Positions 17,727-25,625 of a stretch of DNA of 25,625 bases are shown here, in pieces. The notes beneath the pieces were generated by a model. That model saw only the letters and a list, made by a program, of their open reading frames with translations, searched no databases and was not told where the DNA came from. The stretch lies in the IMG/VR virus record IMGVR_UViG_2531839476_000020. One strand, written 5' to 3'. Positions within the stretch are counted from its first letter, which is position 1. Each line of letters starts with the position of its first letter. Made by a program: the position numbers and the translations under genes. The DNA is from a virus (lineage: Duplodnaviria > Heunggongvirae > Uroviricota > Caudoviricetes).

Positions 17727-18494
17727 TTATTCTGTCGCGCCACCTATCGAAACATAATCATGAAATTGATCGTCAATGAGTCGGTCCTTACAGATAACAT
17801 GTACAATGTGACGACAACAGTTTTCATCATCATACGCACGACCCCAGCGAACAATCTCATCTACAGACAGATCATTCGCACTCCATGGCAAAGTACCTGA
17901 AACGCCACGCGCACCTGGACCAAGTATGTCCATAAATTTCTTCGTGCGTGAATTGTAGATCCGTACCTCGGCAATTCGAATGATGCTACTAGCCCAAAGA
18001 GCACCACCGGCAATACTTTGAATGTTATCGCAGATGAGAAACTCATGCTTTCGCGCAAGCATTTTATAGATCTCACGCGCCAAACCTGCTGATTGGAAAT
18101 CCTGTGCGATAACAGCGCTTTTCACTTGCTTTCCGGTCATCATCTGACCGTTCTCTTCGATAAAATTAAAGTCGTTGAACTGTATACGACCTATTCTTAT
18201 CGTTTTGTTATCGTCTACCATATCAAGACCCAAGAGGGTATTGACCAGATCCTGCATTGGAACCTTCGAATCAAGAAGGTCACTGCCATAGTCTAAAAAA
18301 AAGTCGTCGGTGGAACATCCCAGTTGATACACATCCAAGTAGTACTGAAACTCACCAGAACTGACAATGTACTCATCAGCCCTCAGTAAGCCAGCCTCGG
18401 CAGTGAAAAAATAGAATGACTCAATAAGACGTTTTTCGCCAAATGGCGTAATGTTCAAGTCCTTGTTATATGAAGGTATTAACGCAGGAGCCAT
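17727..18494 (-). CDS. hypothetical protein (255 aa), second gene of an int-to-att cargo operon
   Basis: Long ORF convergent with int, 11 nt downstream of the 113-aa gene; no recognisable catalytic motif. Confidence 0.6.
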   Translation of the reverse strand: MAPALIPSYNKDLNITPFGEKRLIESFYFFTAEAGLLRADEYIVSSGEFQYYLDVYQLGCSTDDFFLDYGSDLLDSKVPMQDLVNTLLGLDMVDDNKTIRIGRIQFNDFNFIEENGQMMTGKQVKSAVIAQDFQSAGLAREIYKMLARKHEFLICDNIQSIAGGALWASSIIRIAEVRIYNSRTKKFMDILGPGARGVSGTLPWSANDLSVDEIVRWGRAYDDENCCRHIVHVICKDRLIDDQFHDYVSIGGATE

Positions 18495-18505
18495 TCAGCA
18501 ACCTT

Positions 18506-18847
18506 TTAATGGTAGTTAATTTCCCTGTAGTTCTTCTGCATGTATAGAGCAATTGCCGCTTCAATTTTCTTCAGCAGATTACTGCTTACATACTGAGGAT
18601 ACTGATCTGCTGGCTTCACAACATAGCGCAATTTTTCTTTGTTCATGGCGATCTCAGCGAACGGGATCACGTCACCGTCACGAACCTCATTGTTCAATGT
18701 CACAATAAACAGCTGACGTGCCGGGGAGACACGATCACTCAGTCTTCTCACGAAGAACTCGTTTGCTGTGTTTGAGTCAACAAAAGAACTGACGAGTTGA
18801 GTCCGACGCTCAATCGTCTGTATCGATCTTCTCGCTACTGTTCTCAT
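18506..18847 (-). CDS. hypothetical protein (113 aa), first gene of an int-to-att cargo operon
   Basis: RBS GAGGAG 6 nt upstream of the ATG; preceded by a structured leader. Confidence 0.55.
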   Translation of the reverse strand: MRTVARRSIQTIERRTQLVSSFVDSNTANEFFVRRLSDRVSPARQLFIVTLNNEVRDGDVIPFAEIAMNKEKLRYVVKPADQYPQYVSSNLLKKIEAAIALYMQKNYREINYH

Positions 18848-18886
18848 GCTAGTCTCCTCAACACTTCACTGGCTGTGCAGTGAAGG

Positions 18887-18924
18887 TACAAAAAGCCACT
18901 GATGATAACAGCGTCATCAGTGGC
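18887..18924 (-). terminator. terminator-like hairpin inside the leader of the 113/255-aa operon (possible attenuator)
   Basis: 11-bp stem GCCACTGATGA/TCATCAGTGGC followed on the minus strand by TTTTTG; a second 8-bp hairpin CTTCACTG/CAGTGAAG (18864-18885) lies between it and the RBS. Confidence 0.45.
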
Positions 18925-19176
18925 CCTTGATGGTGATAACCGCAGTTACCTAAATAGTATGATATTACCTTACGGGTAATTCTTCAACGATTGCTCTGAA
19001 TTGAATAGTCTTGAAGTGCTATGAACAGCACAAAACAGCGCTAATCACCGCCCCAGTGGCGCCTAAACACTTCAAAATGTTGGACAGAATCAGGACGTTA
19101 GAGGTACTACAATATGCACGTAAAATGCACGTGAGGTATTTTAAATTAGAAAAATCATTAATATTCAATTGGTTAA

Positions 19177-19217
19177 GAATTTTTCGGATACGGGTTCAAC
19201 TCCCGCCAGCTCCACCA
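19177..19217 (+). other. ssrA: 3' fragment of ssrA (tmRNA) ending in CCA; att core shared by the prophage right end and the P4-type island left end
   Basis: GAATTTTTCGGATACGGGTTCAACTCCCGCCAGCTCCACCA matches my recollection of the E. coli tmRNA 3' end (T-arm, acceptor stem, CCA). No matching 5' acceptor strand or tmRNA body lies upstream. Confidence 0.7.
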
Positions 19218-19382
19218 CTTTTTAGTTGTTTGAAGTTCAATGAAGTCTACTAAGCCCACACAGCACAAGCTCTGCGGGCTTTTTTACGTCTATTGTCGTC
19301 CAGTGAGAATTGCTGAGAACTACGAGTTATGGCACCCTGAATGGGACCCACTAAGAAGGGTCCAAAAACCGAGGGTCCCAAA

Positions 19383-20612
19383 ATGGCAAAAATCGCTAAG
19401 AAGCTCACTGACACTGAAATCAAAAGCACCAAGCCAGCCGATAAAGAAATCAACTTGTTTGACGGTGATGGTCTGATTCTACGAATCGCTCCTTTGGCGA
19501 AAGGAGGCAAGAAAAATTGGTATTTCAGGTATGCAGTACCAGTGAGCAAGAAAAGAACCAAAATGAGCCTTGGGACATATCCTCACCTTACCCTTGCAAG
19601 AGCCAGAGCCTTACGTGATGAATATCTCTCCTTTCTGGCAAATGGTGTTGATCCCCAAATCCATAACAACGATAAGGCGAAGGCATTAAAGAGTGCTACT
19701 GAGCACACTCTCCAAGCCGTAGCGCGGAAATGGTTAGATGAGAAGGTAAAGACATCAGGTATCTCACAAGACCATGCAGCAGACATCTGGCGCAGCTTAG
19801 AGAGAAATGTCTTTCCCGGTCTGGGTAATGTCCCTATCAATGAGATCCGACCTAAGCTCTTAAAACAACACCTTGATCCTATTGAGCAACGAGGCGTATT
19901 GGAAACTCTACGCCGTATCATTTCACGTCTGAATGAAATCTTCCGGTGGGCAGCTACTGAAGAACTTATTGAGTTCAACCCGGCTGACAACCTTGGTCAA
20001 AGATTCAGTAAACCAAAAAAGCAAAATATGCCTGCCCTTCCCCCAAGCGAATTGCCAAGGTTTATGGAATCTTTGACGAATGCGTCAATCCGGTTGGAAA
20101 CACGTATGCTAATTGAATGGCAATTGTTGACATGGGTTCGTCCGGGTGAAGCCGTTCGCGCAAGGTGGTCTGATATTGATACAACCAACAGCATTTGGAA
20201 CATTCCTGCTGATTTCATGAAAATGAAAAAGCTTCACAAAGTTCCTTTGAGTAAAGAAGCTTTGCGCATCCTTGAATTAATGAAATCAATAAGTGGGCAT
20301 AGAGAATGGGTTTTCCCCAGCATAAAAGCGCCTCTTAATCATATGCATGAACAAACAGCCAACGCAGCTATCATCCGAATGGGGTTCGGAGGCGAGCTTG
20401 TAGCTCACGGTATGCGTTCTATTGCACGAACAGCGGCAGAGGAGTCTGGTAAATTCAGAGCTGAAGTTCTTGAGGCAGCGCTTGCCCACTCGAAAAAAGA
20501 TGAAATTATCGCAGCATACAATCGTGCAGAATATCTGATAGAGCGACAGAGTTTGATGCAATGGTGGAGTGATTACGTTCAAGCTCAAAGATCAAATGCT
20601 CTGGTAGCCTAA
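19383..20612 (+). CDS. P4-type tyrosine integrase (IntA-like)
   Basis: Start at MAKIAKKLTDTEIKSTKPADKEINLFDGDGLILRI, the typical P4-family integrase N-terminus; C-terminal AHGMRSIARTAAEESG and catalytic Tyr region; lies directly 3' of the ssrA fragment. Confidence 0.9.
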   Translation: MAKIAKKLTDTEIKSTKPADKEINLFDGDGLILRIAPLAKGGKKNWYFRYAVPVSKKRTKMSLGTYPHLTLARARALRDEYLSFLANGVDPQIHNNDKAKALKSATEHTLQAVARKWLDEKVKTSGISQDHAADIWRSLERNVFPGLGNVPINEIRPKLLKQHLDPIEQRGVLETLRRIISRLNEIFRWAATEELIEFNPADNLGQRFSKPKKQNMPALPPSELPRFMESLTNASIRLETRMLIEWQLLTWVRPGEAVRARWSDIDTTNSIWNIPADFMKMKKLHKVPLSKEALRILELMKSISGHREWVFPSIKAPLNHMHEQTANAAIIRMGFGGELVAHGMRSIARTAAEESGKFRAEVLEAALAHSKKDEIIAAYNRAEYLIERQSLMQWWSDYVQAQRSNALVA

Positions 20613-21138
20613 GTATCAGAATAGCTAATATAATCCTGAAGGTAAAGAAAATGGAAACCCTATTCAAAGTTTTTGAAAAATTTAGTTCCAGACCACTTTT
20701 TTTTATTTTTTTCGGACTCTCACTTTGTGAATTTTTTCAGAAACAATCTGTTCTGATGAATCCATCAGCAGATAACATCGCGAAATTATTCGCAGCCATG
20801 ATATTAGTTGTTTTTTTACTTGGGGATTTGAATGGCTAATCTTCAAGTTCAATGTAAACCTTGAACCTCATGATCAAGGCGATATTGGACCAACAATTGG
20901 AACGGCTACTTTAGCTGTATACTTAGTTTATGCCTTTCACTTTCTCAGTGAAAATCCTGAAGCATTAAATTTAAAGTTATTAACTAACTCTGGCTTTATA
21001 TACAGCACAACTCTATTATTATTCTCATTAGAATGCATGAAGCTTAGAAGACTTAAACAAAAATAAACAACATCATTGTGATGATAAATATAAAATAGGC
21101 ATGGCGAAAAAAAAATCACCACGCCTAAAATATAATAA

Positions 21139-22887
21139 TTATGGTAGCATCATTGATACATAATCCACACCAATCCTTGAGCTATACTGAGACGCTATAG
21201 CCTGATATCTTTCTGCATAACCAGTTCTCAGTTGAGATTTAAGTTTGAGTCGGACAGGAACATTTTGCACGTTGCCATCCATATTACTTAAAAACACGGC
21301 AGAAATAATATTTTTTTCTTCGCCATCAACTGTTGTTCCATGATTCAACACCACCATATAATCAACAACAGGAAGCGTTTTATCCCCTTCGAAAATAGAG
21401 AGATATTTTCTTTGATTTTTATGCATTACATATATATATTTCGAATGTTCAGCAAATGGCAATGCTTTACTCTGACTGGCGTTAAAAAGCTCCAGAACTT
21501 TAATGAGCCTGTGCGGACTTAATCTTACATGGTGAGGGTCGTTACCCTGAGTAGGAACCAAATCACATGCCGCAGATACACATAAATACCATTTGTTCGA
21601 CTCTGTATCAAAGAAAATAGTGCCAGTAGAAATATGACCATCTTCAAAATTCTTTGAAGACAAATTCATATTTAAAGCATGATACATTTCGTGATAAGTA
21701 TCATTATTTGATGGCAGATCCATTTTTGAAGAGCAATATTGGAGCAATGCAGCAACTCCGCTGTTAGCGTATTCATTTGAATAGCTATCAAAAACACTTT
21801 TGATAAATTCATCCAGCGTATTATTATTTTTAAGTCTTTGATAAAGCTCTTCTGATAAATTACCAAATACAAAGTCAATATTTCTACATCTAATATCAGG
21901 CGAGTCTGATTTTAATATCTCATTTAACCACGCAGCTTGACCGTAATGATCGTTAGCCAAATGATTTACAAAAGATAAAGCCTCAGCTTCGATTGCATTC
22001 TGAATTTCAGATTTTATTAACTGATAATAAGATGGTTTCCATTCAATGAGAGAATCATTGAGAGTTTGCCAAATCCTATCTCCATCGTTTTCATGATCAT
22101 CTTGAACCTTATGAAATAGGGAGACAAAGATATTACCACATTGAATCCATTTTACTCCGCTTTCATCACCCCGAATGACATTGCCAGATGTGTTGCTAGA
22201 AATAATTGCATTTCTAGACACAGCATATTCTGCAATCATTTTTGCAATGAAGTTTTTATCCTTTTGTTCCTCCAACACAGCATCATCATGTATTAATCTT
22301 TTAATTCTTCTACAAGGCTTACTGTCTTTAATATAGGCTATTGTTTCATCTCTTGTGAGAGCTTTATTACCATTATCATTTAAGTTCGGTAATACAACGT
22401 CTTCCCAATAACTTTGGACATCTTCATTATCGTAGTCAATGATCAAGCTGTTGATATCCAGAGCACCTTTGAGAGTCGATGATATCTGCATCCAAACCGT
22501 TTCTAAATTCTCTCTAGTATATATTACAATCATATTTAAATGATCGGAGTCTTTCAAATCTTGTAATAGTTTAAGTGTTTTATCAGGTGCATTATTATCA
22601 AGATGATAATCTACAATAATAAGATCTGATTTTCTAATCCGATCCACATCGAAATTAACAGAACCATTGTCAACATCACAAATCATATTTTTAGATTGAA
22701 AAAAGCTCTCAAGAGTAGCGGCTCGTTTAGATGAGTCAATTTTGTTGTAGTCTAAATCAACTTCGTTATTCAACGCCCTGATTGATTCAGAATACGTCAG
22801 AAAATCGTCATCAATCATGACAACGGAACGAATTGCATTTTCGCAGAAAGTTTTCTGGACAAGAGAATTATAATTTGCCACTGTCAT
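21139..22887 (-). CDS. receiver (REC) domain protein with an uncharacterised ~450-aa C-terminal domain; candidate effector of a two-component-like module
   Basis: N-terminus has REC hallmarks: acidic pair VVMIDDD, putative phospho-acceptor Asp in DLIIVDYHLD, conserved Thr in NMIVIYT. The rest has no motif I can name. Start assigned to the second ATG (22887), preceded by TGGAG and abutting the kinase stop (TAATATG). Confidence 0.75.
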   Translation of the reverse strand: MTVANYNSLVQKTFCENAIRSVVMIDDDFLTYSESIRALNNEVDLDYNKIDSSKRAATLESFFQSKNMICDVDNGSVNFDVDRIRKSDLIIVDYHLDNNAPDKTLKLLQDLKDSDHLNMIVIYTRENLETVWMQISSTLKGALDINSLIIDYDNEDVQSYWEDVVLPNLNDNGNKALTRDETIAYIKDSKPCRRIKRLIHDDAVLEEQKDKNFIAKMIAEYAVSRNAIISSNTSGNVIRGDESGVKWIQCGNIFVSLFHKVQDDHENDGDRIWQTLNDSLIEWKPSYYQLIKSEIQNAIEAEALSFVNHLANDHYGQAAWLNEILKSDSPDIRCRNIDFVFGNLSEELYQRLKNNNTLDEFIKSVFDSYSNEYANSGVAALLQYCSSKMDLPSNNDTYHEMYHALNMNLSSKNFEDGHISTGTIFFDTESNKWYLCVSAACDLVPTQGNDPHHVRLSPHRLIKVLELFNASQSKALPFAEHSKYIYVMHKNQRKYLSIFEGDKTLPVVDYMVVLNHGTTVDGEEKNIISAVFLSNMDGNVQNVPVRLKLKSQLRTGYAERYQAIASQYSSRIGVDYVSMMLP

Positions 22888-22888
22888 A

Positions 22889-24607
22889 TTAGAACTCCAC
22901 TCCATTGAACTGGATCACAAAATTAGCGCCATCTTTTATTAAATAGTTATCGCCTTCATCAGGTTCTGAATACCATATTTTATGATGTGCAACAGCAAGG
23001 TTTTCTCGACATAGATACAGACCTACCCCATGTCCATTTGCTCTTTTGCTATAAAATAGTTCAAATAGTCGCGGGATATCATCGGTATCAATTGCCGGAC
23101 CAGAATTTGCTATGATAACCAAAGAATTCACAAAACCAATCTTTATGAGCCTATTATTTGACAGACTGACCCAATACATTGCATTGTTGATAATATTAGT
23201 AAAAACAGGATAGATCCTTGATGGTATATCTGTTATTGCGATTTGCTTAAACTCTTCACTAAATTCAATAGTTATTCGTTGCCGTTCGAAACGCTCCCCA
23301 AAGAACTTCAGGACATAATCCATGATATTTTTTCCAGTTATTCTCTGCCTGGATTGATAACCTGATATTTTCAAAGGTGATAAGAAACGTATTTGTTGAG
23401 TAAGCGATCTGTGAGCATTTAACGCCAATGAAAAACCAGGGTGTTCTTTTACAGAAGTAGGAAGAGAGTTTAGTCCTCTGGTTACCATAGAATCCATTTC
23501 TTCAAGTTCATGAGATATTATCTCAACACTAATACCTAACTGTGCAAGCGCGTTTAAACTTTTAGCTTTTTCTTCAAAATATGAGCGTTCTTCTTCAGAT
23601 AATGAGAATGCTGAATCTAAGTTTATACCTTCAAATAATCTATCGAGACCTTTTATTATTGATTGATATTTGAAAGTTAGGGTATCAACTGACTCAACAT
23701 ATAAACTATCGAGCAAATTAAACACATTTTCAATTTGTGAATCATTATCTATTGAATCAACAACTGATATAGTTTTAGCATAATAATCACTTCGATCAAC
23801 CTTTATTTCATCGGCCCATTTTTTTAAAAGAGAATGTATCTTCTCCTCTATCGTGTTATTAAACTTAGTTAGTTTAGAATTAATAATACCTTGATTTTTT
23901 TCAAGGTGATTTTTCGCTGACAATGAAGGCTCAAGTTTATTTAATTCAGAATCAAGTTTATTAATTGCTAACTTCATTTGTAGAATATACGCAGAGAACT
24001 CATTAAATTTATCTCTGTAGTCTCTATATTTCTCTTCATACATTCCAAGTTTTGGAGGTTTGATAGGCGTTTTAATTTCACTGCGCAACGCATCTAAGTT
24101 TGTAAGATCACTGTCTATAATTTTAAGATAGTTTAAATCTAACGAACCATCAGTTTTATCAAGCTTAGTTTTCAGCCTTTTAACAGCCTCCAAGGAAGCA
24201 TCAAGAACTGGTGTCTGATTCTTCAAAGCTTCTGAAAAACTTTTTTGTGTTGATTTTCGAGCTTGTTGTTGAGCAGATTTTCTTAACTCTTTTTCACGCT
24301 TAACTTGTTCTAAAAGCTCTTTACGGTCATCAGAACGTGAACCAAAAAATCTATCAGCAAGTTCAGTTAACAAATTAGATATAATAGTTTTCAGTTCTCT
24401 TGCAGCCTGGTTTCTTATGAATCCCTCTCTCCCCGACTTATCTTTCAGCTCTTTATTACTGGATTGAGTAATTCCAATATAACCAAAAATCCTTCTATTA
24501 GACCAATAATATCGCCCTGCATTCCATGAACGTCTTTCTTCTATCTGGAAGAAATCATTATCTACTCGACCATAAGGTAATACTCTCAAGCTATCCCTAA
24601 AAATCAT
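22889..24607 (-). CDS. cytoplasmic histidine-kinase-like protein (HisKA H-box + HATPase_c), probably 5'-truncated by IS3
   Basis: H-box ISVEIISHELEEMDS; N-box IYPVFTNIINNAMYW; G1 IIANSGPAIDTDDIPRLFELFYSK; G2 GHGVGLYLCRENL. No transmembrane segment and a long coiled-coil middle. The frame stays open for 41 codons upstream of the ATG at 24607, up to the IS3 terminus at 24729. Confidence 0.75.
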   Translation of the reverse strand: MIFRDSLRVLPYGRVDNDFFQIEERRSWNAGRYYWSNRRIFGYIGITQSSNKELKDKSGREGFIRNQAARELKTIISNLLTELADRFFGSRSDDRKELLEQVKREKELRKSAQQQARKSTQKSFSEALKNQTPVLDASLEAVKRLKTKLDKTDGSLDLNYLKIIDSDLTNLDALRSEIKTPIKPPKLGMYEEKYRDYRDKFNEFSAYILQMKLAINKLDSELNKLEPSLSAKNHLEKNQGIINSKLTKFNNTIEEKIHSLLKKWADEIKVDRSDYYAKTISVVDSIDNDSQIENVFNLLDSLYVESVDTLTFKYQSIIKGLDRLFEGINLDSAFSLSEEERSYFEEKAKSLNALAQLGISVEIISHELEEMDSMVTRGLNSLPTSVKEHPGFSLALNAHRSLTQQIRFLSPLKISGYQSRQRITGKNIMDYVLKFFGERFERQRITIEFSEEFKQIAITDIPSRIYPVFTNIINNAMYWVSLSNNRLIKIGFVNSLVIIANSGPAIDTDDIPRLFELFYSKRANGHGVGLYLCRENLAVAHHKIWYSEPDEGDNYLIKDGANFVIQFNGVEF

Positions 24608-24728
24608 TAGTCCTGCATACTTTTTGGCCTTAAGATCAAAGTGGGAATGTTCACGTTCAGTATGTGATGTATTTTGTGAAAGGAATTCAAACGTTCCTAT
24701 CTGAAGCTCAAATGGGCCGACCCCTGCG

Positions 24729-25625
24729 TGATCCTACCCACGTAATATGGACACAGGCCTAAGCGAGGTTCTTGTTTTCAAATTGTTCCGGACTGAGGCC
24801 GCCACACCAACTGTGCCGCCGCCACCGATTGTAATCACATTCGATATAATTAAACACCGTTGCCCGCATTATTTCCCGGCTGATAAAGTGTTCTCCATGG
24901 ATACATTCCACTTTCAGCGAATGAAAGAAGCTTTCCACGCAGGCATTATCGTAGCAGCAACCTTTTGCGCTCATACTTCCACGCAGATTATGCCGCTTCA
25001 GTTGCGCCTGATAATCTGCTGAACAGTACTGGCCTCCACGGTCCGTGTGAACGATAACGTTCCGGGGCCTCTTACGCCGCCACAGCGCCATCTGCAGGGC
25101 ATCGCAGGCCAGTTGCGCCGTCATGCGTGGCGACATTGACCAGCCAATAACGGCACGTGACCACAGGTCAATGACCACTGCCAGATACAGCCAGCCTTCA
25201 TCTGTACGTAAGTACGTGATGTCTCCTGCCCACTTCTGGTTCGGGCCACTGGCGTAAAAATCCTGCTCCAACAGATTTTCTGACACAGGCAGGCCGTGTG
25301 CGCGGTAGCTGACCGGGCTGAACTTCCGGGAGGCCTTTGCCCTCAGTCCCTGACGGCGCAGGCTTGCCGCCACGGTTTTTACGTTAAAGGGGTAACCCTG
25401 AGCACGCAGTTCATCCGTCAGGCGTGGGGCACCGTAACGCTGTTTTGACCGGGTAAAAGCCGCGAGGACAACGCTGTCGCAGTGTTGGCGGAACTGCTGA
25501 CGCGTGCTTATCCTTGTCCGCCGCTGACACCACGTATACCAGCCGCTGCGGGCCACCCGGAGCACGCGGCACATTGCTTTGATGCTGAACTCAGCCTGAT
25601 GTTTTTCAATAAAGACATACTTCAT
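24729..25625 (-). mobile_element. IS3 insertion sequence, orfB-side portion (element continues beyond the window end)
   Basis: Terminal inverted repeat TGATCCTACCCACGTAATATGGACACAGGCCTAAGCGAGG begins at 24729 and is followed by the complete orfB. Confidence 0.9.
24759..25625 (-). CDS. insF: IS3 transposase OrfB (DDE integrase domain)
   Basis: 288 aa matching my recollection of IS3 OrfB; start codon is at the last three bases of the window, so orfA and the frameshift site lie outside. Confidence 0.9.

Noticed and set aside
17230-17743. 158-aa and 64-aa minus-strand ORFs
   Set aside because: Antisense to the integrase gene and overlapping the bidirectional terminator.
19011-19476. 80-aa and 78-aa + strand ORFs overlapping the ssrA fragment
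   Set aside because: They span the tmRNA-derived att core and the integrase start region; better explained as non-coding att/promoter sequence.
19583-20588. Minus-strand ORFs of 73-135 aa inside the P4-type integrase gene
   Set aside because: Antisense to a strongly supported integrase ORF.
20613-21138. Stand-alone receiver-only (buffer) gene to complete a canonical three-gene Detocs layout
   Set aside because: The only ORFs here are a 62-aa hydrophobic peptide (20651-20839) and a 61-aa ORF (20937-21122); neither has receiver-domain features.
1-25625. CRISPR arrays, rRNA genes or complete tRNA genes
   Set aside because: No regularly spaced direct repeats and no full tRNA or rRNA signatures seen; the only RNA-gene-like sequence is the ssrA 3' fragment.

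Overview
Enterobacterial (E. coli-like) accessory DNA made of four nested mobile units. (1) 1-2331: the right-hand part of an IS66-family element (tnpA partial, tnpB, frameshifted tnpC) inserted just downstream of a phage holin gene. (2) 2332 to about 19176: a lambdoid prophage read right-to-left for its lytic genes (NanS-p-like esterase, holin, Q antiterminator, primase, SF2 helicase, cro-like) and left-to-right for cI, a PL-like early operon (SPFH lipoprotein, KilA-N/ORF6N protein, DnaN-like fragment), xis and int, followed by a two-gene cargo cassette between int and att. (3) 19177-19217: a 3' fragment of ssrA (tmRNA) acting as an att core, then a P4-type integrase (19383-20612) opening a second island. 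(4) 21139-24728: a strongly AT-rich cassette in that island encoding a cytoplasmic histidine-kinase-like protein plus a receiver-domain protein with a large unrecognised C-terminal domain; the kinase reading frame runs open into an IS3 copy (24729-25625, window edge). This kinase/receiver pair is the best candidate for an undescribed system, possibly a Detocs-like defensive two-component system. Several apparent frameshifts all sit at short homopolymers, so some may be assembly errors. No rRNA, complete tRNA or CRISPR array was seen. All calls rest on reading the supplied translations and sequence by eye; no searches were run.
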